48,115 bases of DNA from Actinomycetota bacterium (GCA_009886115.1 VFJJ01000018.1:62001-110115), one strand, 5' to 3'; shown: positions 1-9,006, counted from the first letter of the stretch. Numbers and translations are program-made. Notes: a model not told the origin generated them from the sequence alone.

Positions 1-1
1 C

Positions 2-235
2 GTCGCCGGGCGCGATGTGCTCGCCACCACGGTTGCTCTGGCTGAGACGATCGCCGCGAACGGGCCGATCGCGGTGGCCGCGTCGAAGGAGGTCGTCTAC
101 CTGGTGGCCGGTCTCGACACCATCGACATGCCCCGGATCAGGGCGATGACGGCGCACGTGTCGAAGACCGCCGATGCCGCAGAGGGCGCCCGGGCCTTCG
201 CCGAGAAGCGCCCGCCGAGGTTCACGGGCCGCTGA
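2..235 (+). CDS. Enoyl-CoA hydratase/crotonase family protein, C-terminal fragment (5' truncated by window edge)
   Basis: Crotonase C-terminus 'LAETIAANGPIAVAASK...DAAEGARAFAEKRPPRFTGR'. Confidence 0.88.
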   Translation, partial: VAGRDVLATTVALAETIAANGPIAVAASKEVVYLVAGLDTIDMPRIRAMTAHVSKTADAAEGARAFAEKRPPRFTGR

Positions 236-376
236 GGCTCCCTCGATCGGGGTGCGCTCCGTCATCCAGCCTCGGTCAGTGCGACGGATGACACATGGTC
301 GACGGCAGGACACCGCATCGATGCCACCAGGCTGAGCACCCCAAAGTGACCACTTCTCACAGAACGCGAAACATGC

Positions 377-397
377 GCTCAACAGGGGCTCAACAGG
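377..397 (+). promoter_or_regulatory. Tandem GCTCAACAGG direct repeat with 11-bp period; candidate OmpR-family binding site
   Basis: Exact 10-mers at 377-386 and 388-397, about 70 bp upstream of the fasciclin gene; TACGTT (-10-like) at 433-438. Confidence 0.4.
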
Positions 398-468
398 TTG
401 ACGATCGCCGACGAAATGAGGGAAGGGCACCGTACGTTGACCGGAGTCCACCTACCAGGAGCTCCTGA

Positions 469-1077
469 ATGACACGTCGTCCTCGCACTCTTGCCCGTCT
501 GGCCCGCTCGGCAGCCATCCTCAGCCTCGTCGTGCTCGCCGTTGCCGCATGTGGCGATGATGATGATGATGCGGCCTCCCCCGTGACCATCGCACCCGAA
601 ACGACCGCCGCCCCGGCCGCCACGACGGCTCCCGCGACCGCAGCGCCAGCCGCCGGTGACATCCTGGAGGTGGCCGCAGCCGAGGGCGACCTCGGGACCT
701 TCCTCACTTCGCTCGAGGCGGCCGGCATCATGGACGGTCTGCACGGTGCAGGGCCGTTCACGGTCTTCGTCCCCACCGACGAAGCCTTCAGCGCCTATCT
801 CACGGAGGCTGGCATGAGCCAGGCCGAGCTGTTCACCGACCCGGCCCTGCTCAGGTCGGTGCTCGACTACCACCTGGTCGAGATGATCGAGAGCTCCGAG
901 CAGGTGATGGGTATGGCCGGTCAGTCGTTCGTCACTGCGAACGGTGCGGAGCTGGCTGTCGCTGTCGATGGCGACACGGTGAAGGTCGGTAACGCAACGG
1001 TCGAGCGCTACGACATCCAAGCATCGAACGGCGTGATCCACGTGATCGACGCCGTTCTGATCCCGCCCGCAGCGTGA
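469..1077 (+). CDS. Fasciclin (FAS1) domain lipoprotein (MPT70/83-like)
   Basis: Lipobox 'VAAC', acidic/Thr-Ala linker, FAS1 motifs 'TVFVPTDEAF' and 'NGVIHVIDAVLIP'; AGGAG RBS. Confidence 0.93.
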   Translation: MTRRPRTLARLARSAAILSLVVLAVAACGDDDDDAASPVTIAPETTAAPAATTAPATAAPAAGDILEVAAAEGDLGTFLTSLEAAGIMDGLHGAGPFTVFVPTDEAFSAYLTEAGMSQAELFTDPALLRSVLDYHLVEMIESSEQVMGMAGQSFVTANGAELAVAVDGDTVKVGNATVERYDIQASNGVIHVIDAVLIPPAA

Positions 1078-1095
1078 ACGTTCGAAGGTGACCCT

Positions 1096-2847
1096 GTGAG
1101 CATCGAGACCCAGCTCCCCGACACGACCGTCCCCGCCCGGGATCGAAGCCCTGATCCCGATCCCGGAGCGGCGAGCCACTCCCGGCTCGGCGCGGCGTTC
1201 AGCGGCCTCATGGCCGCGGGCGCCGCGCTGGCGACCGGGGAGCTGATCTCGGGTCTCAGCCGGCGAGTGCCGTCGCTGGTGATCAGCGTGGCCGAAGTCT
1301 TCGTCGACTCGACCCCGGGCGGCGTCGTCCGCTGGAGCATCCGCACGTTCGGCACCAACCAGAAGACCCTGCTCGTGTGGGGTGTCACCCTGGCCGCACT
1401 GCTGGTCGGCGTGCTCTTCGGCGTCTGGGCTCGCCGCCAGTTCGCCCAGGGCGCCTTGGCATTCACGGGCTTCGCGATCTTCGGCGGATGGGCGGTGGCG
1501 CGGAGCCCACTCTCGGCCGACGGGTGGTCGTGGGTTTCGGCGATCCTGGCCGGGGCGATCGGGATCGCCGTCCTCTGGTCGATGCTGCGGACCCTGGCCG
1601 GGCTGCGGATCGTGCCCGATCGGCTGAAGCGCCGTTCGTTGCCGAGCCCCGCTGCGAGCGTTGCCGGCCCGGCACCCATGGCGGCCTTGGCACCCATGGC
1701 ACCGATAACCATGGCAGCCACGCCCAAGACTGCCATGGTTATGAACATACCCGGACGCCCGAGCCGGCGCGGGTTCCTCGCCGCGGGCGGGATCGCCGTG
1801 GCGTGGTCGGCCGGCGGCATCGGCATCGGGCGTCATCTTCGCAACTCGCACAACGTCGAGGCAGCCCGCGACGAGGTCGCGACGCGCCTGGGGGCCGAGC
1901 CGACGGCCGGCGCTTCTCCGACCACGATCCCGACAGGTCTCACGAGCTTCGACGGCCTGGTCGACGACCTCACCCCGCTCGTCACGCCCAACGCCGACTT
2001 CTACCGCATCGACACGGCGCTCTTCGTTCCGCAGGTCGATCCGGCGAGCTGGCGTCTGCGGATCCATGGCATGGTCGAGAACGAGGTCAGCCTCACGTTC
2101 GACGAGCTGTTGGCGTTCGATCGCATTGCCGAGCACATCACCATCCAGTGCGTGTCGAACGAGGTCGGCGGCGATCTGATCGGCAACGCACTATGGACCG
2201 GCGTCCCGTTGGCGACCCTGCTCGATCGAGCCGGCGTGCTCGAGGGCGCGACCCAGATCGTCGGCCGCTCGGTCGACGGTTGGACGGGTGGGTTCCCGAC
2301 CGCCATCGCGTTCGACGGCCGTCCGGCGATGGTGGCGCTCACGATGAACGGCGAGCCCTTGCCGGTGCGCAACGGGTTCCCCGCCAGGCTCATGGTGCCC
2401 GGACTCTACGGGTACGTCTCGGCGACCAAGTGGCTGAGCGAGATCGAGCTCACCACGTGGGAGGCCTTCGACGGCTACTGGATACCCCGTGGCTGGGGTA
2501 AGGAAGGGCCGATCAAGACCCAGTCGCGCATCGACCATCCCCGCCCTCGGACCCGTCTGACGAGCGGGCTCAACCCCATCGCCGGCGTGGCCTGGGCGCC
2601 GACCCGGGGTGTTGCCCGGGTCGAGGTGCAAGTCGACGACGGGCCGTGGCAGCTGGCCCGCCTCTCGGGTGCGCTGTCGGAGCACACGTGGGTCCAGTGG
2701 ATCGTCGACACCGACATGACGCCGGGCGAGCACCGGATCCAGGTTCGCGCCACTGACGGCGACGGCGTCACGCAGGACGAGGAACGTCGGCCGCCGGCCC
2801 CCGATGGCGCCACGGGCTACCACTCGATCCGGGTCGAGGTCGCGTAA
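1096..2847 (+). CDS. Membrane-anchored molybdopterin-dependent oxidoreductase, sulfite oxidase family
   Basis: N-terminal TM helices, internal twin-arginine 'SRRGFL', Mo-ligand motif 'TIQCVSN', 'GFPARLMVPGLYGYVSATKWL', C-terminal Ig-like dimerisation domain. Confidence 0.92.
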   Translation: MSIETQLPDTTVPARDRSPDPDPGAASHSRLGAAFSGLMAAGAALATGELISGLSRRVPSLVISVAEVFVDSTPGGVVRWSIRTFGTNQKTLLVWGVTLAALLVGVLFGVWARRQFAQGALAFTGFAIFGGWAVARSPLSADGWSWVSAILAGAIGIAVLWSMLRTLAGLRIVPDRLKRRSLPSPAASVAGPAPMAALAPMAPITMAATPKTAMVMNIPGRPSRRGFLAAGGIAVAWSAGGIGIGRHLRNSHNVEAARDEVATRLGAEPTAGASPTTIPTGLTSFDGLVDDLTPLVTPNADFYRIDTALFVPQVDPASWRLRIHGMVENEVSLTFDELLAFDRIAEHITIQCVSNEVGGDLIGNALWTGVPLATLLDRAGVLEGATQIVGRSVDGWTGGFPTAIAFDGRPAMVALTMNGEPLPVRNGFPARLMVPGLYGYVSATKWLSEIELTTWEAFDGYWIPRGWGKEGPIKTQSRIDHPRPRTRLTSGLNPIAGVAWAPTRGVARVEVQVDDGPWQLARLSGALSEHTWVQWIVDTDMTPGEHRIQVRATDGDGVTQDEERRPPAPDGATGYHSIRVEVA

Positions 2848-2858
2848 CTCTGAGCGGA

Positions 2859-2893
2859 CCCCAACCCCAACCCCAACCCCCAACCCCAACCCC
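2859..2893. repeat. (CCCCAA)n hexamer repeat, about 5.5 copies; G-quadruplex-capable on minus strand
   Basis: ccccaaccccaaccccaacccccaaccccaacccc read directly. Confidence 0.9.
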
Positions 2894-2977
2894 TCATGCT
2901 CCAACTGTCAGCGTGGCGGGCCGGATACGGCCCGCCACGCTGACAGTTGGGATTGGCTGGGCGTACGATCGCCACCA

Positions 2978-4123
2978 ATGACGACCTACACCATCATCGA
3001 CAGCGACACGCACGTCACCGAGCCGCCCGACGTGTGGACGAGCCGGGTGCCGGCCAAGTTCCGCGATCGCGTGTTCCGGATGGTGCGCAGCGACGCCGGG
3101 GAAGACGTCTGGCTGCTGGGCGACGAGCAGGTCTCGATCGCCGGCTTCAGCGCCAATGCCGGTTGGGGCCGGCCCTTCCCGTCGCACCCGCCGACGCTCG
3201 ACGACTGCCATCCCGGGTGTCACGACGCCAACGCCCGCCTGGCCTACATGGACGAGGTCGGGATCTGGGCCATGGTGCTGTACCCCAACGTCGCCGGGTT
3301 CGGAAGCCAGAAGTTCCTGACGATCGACGACGACGAGATGAAGCTGGCGTGCGTTCGTGCCTACAACGACTTCCTGCGCGACTGGGTCTCGGTCGACCCC
3401 CGCCGATTCGTGACGATCATGTCGATCCCGTACTGGGACGTCGATGCGTCGGTCAAGGAGGTGCTGCGCGGCGCCGAAGCTGGCCATCGCGGGATCCTGT
3501 TCAGCGGCAAGCCCCACGCCCTGGGCCTTCCGTACCTGGGCGATCGGCACTGGGACCCGTTGTGGGCGGTGGCCACCGAGTGCGGCATGCCCATCCACTT
3601 CCACATCGGCTCGGGTGATTTCTCGACCTCGTTCAACCCGGCCAAGGTCAAGGCCGTCGGCGCGGCGGCGGCGTACGCGTTCACGTCGGTCGAGATGTTC
3701 CTCGGGAACGGGATCCAGGTCGCCGACCTGTTGTTGTCGGGGGTCTTGCCCCGCTTTCCCGACCTCGACTTCGTGTCGGTCGAGAGTGGTATCGGTTGGG
3801 CACCCTTCATGCTCGAAGCCGTCGACTACAGCTACCTCGAGGCCATGGAGAAAGGCCAGCGGCTCTGGGACCTCATGCCCAGCGACTACTTCAAGCGCCA
3901 GGTGTACACGTGCTACTGGTTCGAGGAGATCGCTCCCCGGCGCATGCTCGACCTGCTCAACGTCGACCGCATCCTGTTCGAGACCGACTTCCCGCATCCG
4001 ACGTGCCTGTACGGCAACGTCCACGAGCGCATCGAGGCCGGTCTGGGCGGCCAGCCCCCCGAGGTACGCCGCAAGATCCTCTGGGAGAACGCGGCCCGCC
4101 TCTATCACGTCCCCGAACCCTGA
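2978..4123 (+). CDS. Amidohydrolase_2 family protein
   Basis: 'IIDSDTHVTEP', 'PIHFHIG', 'VSVESGIGW', 'ILFETDFPH' motifs; start moved to ATG 2978. Confidence 0.92.
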   Translation: MTTYTIIDSDTHVTEPPDVWTSRVPAKFRDRVFRMVRSDAGEDVWLLGDEQVSIAGFSANAGWGRPFPSHPPTLDDCHPGCHDANARLAYMDEVGIWAMVLYPNVAGFGSQKFLTIDDDEMKLACVRAYNDFLRDWVSVDPRRFVTIMSIPYWDVDASVKEVLRGAEAGHRGILFSGKPHALGLPYLGDRHWDPLWAVATECGMPIHFHIGSGDFSTSFNPAKVKAVGAAAAYAFTSVEMFLGNGIQVADLLLSGVLPRFPDLDFVSVESGIGWAPFMLEAVDYSYLEAMEKGQRLWDLMPSDYFKRQVYTCYWFEEIAPRRMLDLLNVDRILFETDFPHPTCLYGNVHERIEAGLGGQPPEVRRKILWENAARLYHVPEP

Positions 4124-4482
4124 CCGACCTGGACAGGGGGGCGTGTCGACGGTGACGGACCCGGTGGCTCGTGACCGGCAATGAGCGTCAGCCCATGGGC
4201 GGTCAGCTCGGCGGCTGCTGCGGCGACATCGGCGACCTCGAACTCGATGGTGGCGTGCGGGACGGGCACCTCGGCCGGCCAGTCGGGCAGGCCGAAACAG
4301 GATCGGGCGGCGTCAGCGAGGGGCCACACCTCAAGGTGCTTGACCCCCCCGAAGCCGTCGACAGCGAGAGAGTCGCCCGAGACCACCTCGAGCGGCAGAC
4401 CGAGGATGTCCTTGTAGAACGCCCGTGCGGCTCGGGGGTCGGGGACGATCGACGCGAACCCTGCGACGAAGAGGATTTCCGT
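4105..4482 (-). pseudogene. Probable VOC/glyoxalase-family pseudogene (ACG at the start position, C-terminus apparently lost)
   Basis: Frame reads (ACG)EILFVAGFASIVPDPRAARAFYKDILGLPLE...HATIEFEVADVAAAAAEL; the usual EPWGQ-type C-terminal part is missing; overlaps the upstream gene's stop. Confidence 0.65.
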
Positions 4483-4670
4483 GACCTGTGTCTACCAGCG
4501 CCGGGGTGAGGCCGTCCTGAACGCCGACGACCTGGTCCGGTTGCCAGCTCGCCGGACCCAGGCGTCGAGCCCGGCAGCCAGCACCGCCGCGCCATCGCGA
4601 GGAGTCCCCGCCTCGTCGGGCCGGTGGCCGACGGCGTGGCGCCTCCTTGTTGGATGGTCTGATCCAGCGC

Positions 4671-5978
4671 TCACGGCCCGAGCAACACCGCTGGAACAAC
4701 GGCGATGCCGTCGGCTCGCCGGTAGGCATCTGAACCGCTGGTGATGACCACGGCGTCGATGAGATCGTCGCCGAGCTTCTCACGGAGCCACAGCAGGTGG
4801 CGCACGTCGCGCGTGTCGGTGGCGCGGCCGAGCTTGACCTCGATGGCGACGACCCGGTGATCTCCGCGCTCGACGATCAGGTCGATCTCCCGGTCGCCGC
4901 CCCGGGTGCGGAGATGCCCGACGCGCGCCTCGGCGGCTTGTGCGTACACGCGAACCGACAAGGTCACCAACGACTCGAACAGCGCCCCGAGGAGCGCGCC
5001 GTCTCGGGGGAAGGCCGGGCCGGCGTCGCGACCGTCGAGGAGCGCATCAACACCGACACCGAGCAGGCGGGCAGCGAGTGCCGGATCGACGAGCTGGTGC
5101 TTGGGTGCCTCGCCGAGCCGGGCGATGTGGTTGCGCGTCGGGAGCCAGGCGGGCACGGATTCGATGATCCAGAGGCGTTCGAGGATGTCGCGGTAGGGGA
5201 TGGTCGTGGTCTTGGCTGGTTTGTCGCCCTGCCCGCTCGTCGCCGCGTCACGGATCGTCTCGAACGAAGCGCTCGTCGACGTCGCCGCAGCGTACGCAGC
5301 CATCCACCGCCGCAATGTGGCGGGGTTGCGCACCGGGCGCCCGAGATCGTCGAAGTCGCGCTCGACGATGCGATCGACATAGCCGTCGAGCTGTGCCCGG
5401 GTGCCGCGCTCGCGGAGCCGGCGGATTGCCGGGAAGCCCGAGGCGACGATCTCAGCCGCATAGTCGACGAGCGAAATAGTCGTGTCTCCTCCGACGATCT
5501 CGGGTCGGTCGGCCCCGAGGAGTGCTTTCAGGCTGACGGTCGGGCGTGCGAGCCCCCGCTCGGCGAGCGACAGCGGCCGCATGCGGATGGTCGCGATGCG
5601 CCCGGCGCCGCTGTGGGTGCTCAGGCCACGGGGACTGGCTGAACCTGTCAGCAGGAACTGACCCGGCGACGGGTCGGAATCGACAGCGCGCCTCACGAGA
5701 TCCCACGAGTCGGGGAGTCGCTGCCACTCGTCGATGAGCACCGGACGTCTCCCACTGAGGAGGCGGTTGGGCTCGGCTGCGACGATCTCACGTTGAGCGG
5801 AGTCGTCGAGGAGGAAGGTCGTCGCGGCATGTTGCGACGCGGTTGCGGTTTTTCCGACCGCCTTGGCCCCTTCCAGGGAGAGGGCGGGGAGCTCACCGAT
5901 CAACTCGTCGAGCTCGGCGTCGACGATGCGACGCGTGTACCCCGTTGCCCCCGGAGCTCCCGAGTCCCTCGCGATCAT
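4671..5978 (-). CDS. AAA+ ATPase (AAA_14) with C-terminal DUF4143/PD-(D/E)xK-like domain
   Basis: Walker A 'GAKAVGKT', Walker B 'VLIDEWQ', 'FLLTGS', 'PKHQLVDPALA', 'GALFES', 'EIDLIVE...AIEVK'. Confidence 0.92.
   Translation of the reverse strand: MIARDSGAPGATGYTRRIVDAELDELIGELPALSLEGAKAVGKTATASQHAATTFLLDDSAQREIVAAEPNRLLSGRRPVLIDEWQRLPDSWDLVRRAVDSDPSPGQFLLTGSASPRGLSTHSGAGRIATIRMRPLSLAERGLARPTVSLKALLGADRPEIVGGDTTISLVDYAAEIVASGFPAIRRLRERGTRAQLDGYVDRIVERDFDDLGRPVRNPATLRRWMAAYAAATSTSASFETIRDAATSGQGDKPAKTTTIPYRDILERLWIIESVPAWLPTRNHIARLGEAPKHQLVDPALAARLLGVGVDALLDGRDAGPAFPRDGALLGALFESLVTLSVRVYAQAAEARVGHLRTRGGDREIDLIVERGDHRVVAIEVKLGRATDTRDVRHLLWLREKLGDDLIDAVVITSGSDAYRRADGIAVVPAVLLGP
5397..5432 (+). 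repeat. 36-bp exact direct repeat, copy 1 (inside the AAA gene)
   Basis: ccgggtgccgcgctcgcggagccggcggattgccgg, identical to 6113-6148. Confidence 0.93.
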
Positions 5979-5983
5979 GAGGC

Positions 5984-6098
5984 GACACTACCATGAGGCG
6001 ATCGGTAGAGATACCATTCAGCGGGCTTGGAGACTCCTGTTCGGTACAACTAAGACCTACTCGGTAGCAGGTCTGGACACTACCATTTGGCGCATCGA
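5984..6098. repeat. Degenerate 5-unit array with 23-bp period (iteron/operator-like) immediately upstream of the AAA gene
   Basis: Units start at 5984, 6007, 6030, 6053, 6076; GACACTACCAT exact in units 1 and 5; TACCAT in unit 2; CTAC in phase in unit 4; T6, C8 and G15 invariant in all five. Confidence 0.65.
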
Positions 6099-6112
6099 CT
6101 CAGCTGTCGGAA

Positions 6113-6148
6113 CCGGGTGCCGCGCTCGCGGAGCCGGCGGATTGCCGG
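6113..6148 (+). repeat. 36-bp exact direct repeat, copy 2 (intergenic)
   Basis: Identical to 5397-5432; lies 10 bp beyond the CoA-transferase stop codon. Confidence 0.93.
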
Positions 6149-6158
6149 CAGCACGGGC

Positions 6159-7394
6159 TCAGGTGACGGCGCCGGTGATCTTGAGCTCGATGATGCGATC
6201 GTCGCCGTGGCCGAGCTCGCGCAGGATCTCGTCGGTGTGCTCGGCGAACTGCGGGGCCCGCAGGAGAACCGCCGCGGTCTCGTCGAACTGCACGGGGTTG
6301 GCCACCAACTCGCGGGGCACGCCGTCGGCGTCGATGACCTCGGCGATGTAGCCGTTGGCTCGGAGCTGGGGATCGTGGCCCAGGTCGAACGAATCCTGCG
6401 CGGCCGCCCACTGACCCTCCAGGGTGGCGAAGCGTTTGGCCCAGTGGGCGAAGGGGCGCTTGGCGATCTCGGCCGCGACGACCTCGGAGGCCGCGGCGGC
6501 GTTGGCGATGAGCTGCTCGACGGGCCAGAAGCGTTCGTCGGTCGCCAGGTCGGGCCGATCGAGATGGGTGACGAAATCGGACCAATACCGTCCGGGCTGG
6601 AGCATGGCCAGCTGGACGAACTTGCCGTCGCTGGTCTTGTAGTTGCCGACGATCGGATTGAACGACGTACCCATCTGGCTCACCGGGGTCTGCTTCCAGA
6701 CGACCTCGCCCTCCATGAGGGCCAGGTCGACGGCCAGCGCGTTGGCCCAGGCTCCCGTCGACAGGAGTGACACGTCGACGACCGACGTCTCGCCGGTGCG
6801 CTCCCGGGCGAACAGAGCGGCCGAGATGCCGCCGGCGATGGTCATCCCGCCGATCGAGTCGCCGTAGGCCGGCGCCGGCATCCCGAGCACCGTCTCGGTA
6901 ATGTCGGGGGGCGTGACGCCGACAGCGCTTCCCGCCCGCGACCAGAACGCGCTCGAGTCGTAGCCGCCCTTTTCGGCCTCGGGCCCCTTGGCGCCGAATG
7001 CGCTGCCGCGCACGTAGATGATCTCGGGATTGACGGCGCGGATGTGGTCGAGGTCGATCTTGAGGCGCCGGCGGGCGTCCGGCAGGAAATTGGTGAGGAA
7101 GACGTCGGCCTTCCGGGCGAGCTCGTACAGCACCTCGAGCGCCTCGGGGTGCTCCAGGGCCAGGCCGATGCTGCGCTTGCCCCGGTTGGGATGCTCCATG
7201 ATCGGATGGAACGACCCTCGAGCCATCCCCGCGGGACCGATGTTCTTGAAGCCCCGCTGGGCATCGCCCGTCTCCGCGTGCTCGACCTTGACCACCTCGG
7301 CGCCCCAGTCGGCCAGGACCGCCCCCGCCGCCGGGGTGAAGGTGAACTGCGCGACTTCGAGGACGCGTACGCCCTCCATCGGTCGGAGCGCCAA
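6159..7394 (-). CDS. CaiB/BaiF family III CoA transferase
   Basis: 'GVRVLEVAQF...PAAGAVLADWGAEVVKVE', 'NRGKRSI', 'ADVFLTNF', 'GGYD'; TTG start after GGGGGA RBS (ATG 7379 is an alternative). Confidence 0.92.
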   Translation of the reverse strand: MALRPMEGVRVLEVAQFTFTPAAGAVLADWGAEVVKVEHAETGDAQRGFKNIGPAGMARGSFHPIMEHPNRGKRSIGLALEHPEALEVLYELARKADVFLTNFLPDARRRLKIDLDHIRAVNPEIIYVRGSAFGAKGPEAEKGGYDSSAFWSRAGSAVGVTPPDITETVLGMPAPAYGDSIGGMTIAGGISAALFARERTGETSVVDVSLLSTGAWANALAVDLALMEGEVVWKQTPVSQMGTSFNPIVGNYKTSDGKFVQLAMLQPGRYWSDFVTHLDRPDLATDERFWPVEQLIANAAAASEVVAAEIAKRPFAHWAKRFATLEGQWAAAQDSFDLGHDPQLRANGYIAEVIDADGVPRELVANPVQFDETAAVLLRAPQFAEHTDEILRELGHGDDRIIELKITGAVT

Positions 7395-7464
7395 CGTGTT
7401 TCCCCCGTCGTGATGGACGATGCCGGTACGCAGCAGGAGGCGGGCGGTCAGCGGGTCCTGGCGG

Positions 7465-8691
7465 TCAGCCGATCCCGTACAGGGCGATGGCGCTCTCGCT
7501 CGTGACCTGACGCTTCTGCTCGAACGTGAGCCCCTCCAACGCCTCGCGCAAGTCCTCGGTGACGCCGGGGAACTTGGCATCGGGATGCGGGTAGTCGCTG
7601 GCCCAGATGATCCGATCGGCGCCGCACAACGGTGACTGGGCGGTGAAGCCCAGCATCGACTCGTCGGGGTCGAAGCTGATCCAGCACTGGCGACGGAAGT
7701 ACTCCGACGGCGCCATCTTCAACCAGGGCACGTCCCACGAGAACTTCTTGGCGTGGTGGTCGAGTCGTTCGAGCCACGGCACCAGCCAGCCGCCGTTGGC
7801 CTCGAGCATGATGAACTTGGCGTCGGGGAAGCGCTCGCACACGCCCCCAGCCGTTACATAGCAGATGGTATGCATCACGTCGACGGGGTTGGCGATGGCC
7901 TGGGTGAAGTAGATGTTGCTCAAGCCCTGAGCGCCGGTGAGCACCTGGTCACGATCGACGTAGCGTCCGTCGGGCATCCGAGCCCGGCCCAGCATGAGGC
8001 CCTGGCAGGCCCCCGGGAGGTCGGGAGCGAGGAAGGGGTGAAACGCCAGCGGCAACCCGGTGTCGGAGGCCGCCTGCCAGATCGGGTCATAGACGGGGTC
8101 GTTGAACGGGCGCCAGTCGACCGACGGGTTCGGGCGCAGGAGCACCGAGACGATGCCCGGCATCCCTGCGACCCGGCGGATCTCCTTGGCCACAGCTTCC
8201 ACACCGTCGGCGTCGGGCATCGGCGGCACGACGGCCGCGGCGAACAGCCGGCCCTCGCCCTCCTGGCTGTGATCGGAGACCCATCCGTTGTACGCCTGGC
8301 ACTGCACGAGCGCGAACTCGGGGTCGGGATGGGCCTGGATGGCGAGCATCGAGGTGGGATAGAGCACCGCGAGGTCGATGCCGTCGGTGTCCATGTCCTG
8401 CAAGCGGGCCTTGGCGTTGTAGGCCGCGGGGCGCACCTCGGTGTAACGCATCTTGCCGGCCCGGGCCCGGTCGACCTCGTCGTCGGGCATCCCGGCGGTG
8501 CCGGCCAACGACAGTCCGTTCGACGGCATCACGTTGCCGTCGTAGTGCAGGAACTCGACGCCGTTGGCGTCGGTCTCGATGTGCCAGATCCGGTCGCGCC
8601 ACTTGGCCGGTGCGTAGTCGGGCATGGCCGTGGGGTGCTCGAGGATGTGGCCGTCGGAGTCGATGTAGCGCAAGCCGTCAGCGGTGGACAT
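7465..8691 (-). CDS. Amidohydrolase_2 family protein
   Basis: 'YIDSDGHILE', 'LAFHPF', 'MLEANGGW', 'IIWASDYPHPD'. Confidence 0.92.
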   Translation of the reverse strand: MSTADGLRYIDSDGHILEHPTAMPDYAPAKWRDRIWHIETDANGVEFLHYDGNVMPSNGLSLAGTAGMPDDEVDRARAGKMRYTEVRPAAYNAKARLQDMDTDGIDLAVLYPTSMLAIQAHPDPEFALVQCQAYNGWVSDHSQEGEGRLFAAAVVPPMPDADGVEAVAKEIRRVAGMPGIVSVLLRPNPSVDWRPFNDPVYDPIWQAASDTGLPLAFHPFLAPDLPGACQGLMLGRARMPDGRYVDRDQVLTGAQGLSNIYFTQAIANPVDVMHTICYVTAGGVCERFPDAKFIMLEANGGWLVPWLERLDHHAKKFSWDVPWLKMAPSEYFRRQCWISFDPDESMLGFTAQSPLCGADRIIWASDYPHPDAKFPGVTEDLREALEGLTFEQKRQVTSESAIALYGIG

Positions 8692-9006
8692 GGTGAGCCT
8701 CCAGGGGCTGCGGTGCCGGAGCGTCGGTCGGGCAACTCCGACCATCCTCCCAGCGGGCCGTCCCACCGGCAACCGATCGGCTCCCGGACGGGCGTGAGGT
8801 CCGTTGGGCGACGGCGGGCGAGCGCGTGCATGTCCTCGGGCGGGCTGTGCTCGTGACCGAACGCGAGATGGACCTCGAGAAGCTCCCGGATGTCATCGGC
8901 CTCCGGATCGTCGATCGTGATGGTGAGCTCGATCGAGCCGACCGCCCTTCGGCTCTCGGATGGTCGCGCGTGCTACCCGGCGACGGGGGACGGGTGCCCG
9001 GTGGCG

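Noticed and set aside
5984..6148. Possible CRISPR mini-array with a self-targeting spacer
   Set aside because: The 23-bp total period is too short and degenerate for repeat plus spacer, and the 36-bp match is not flanked by repeats; kept as separate findings
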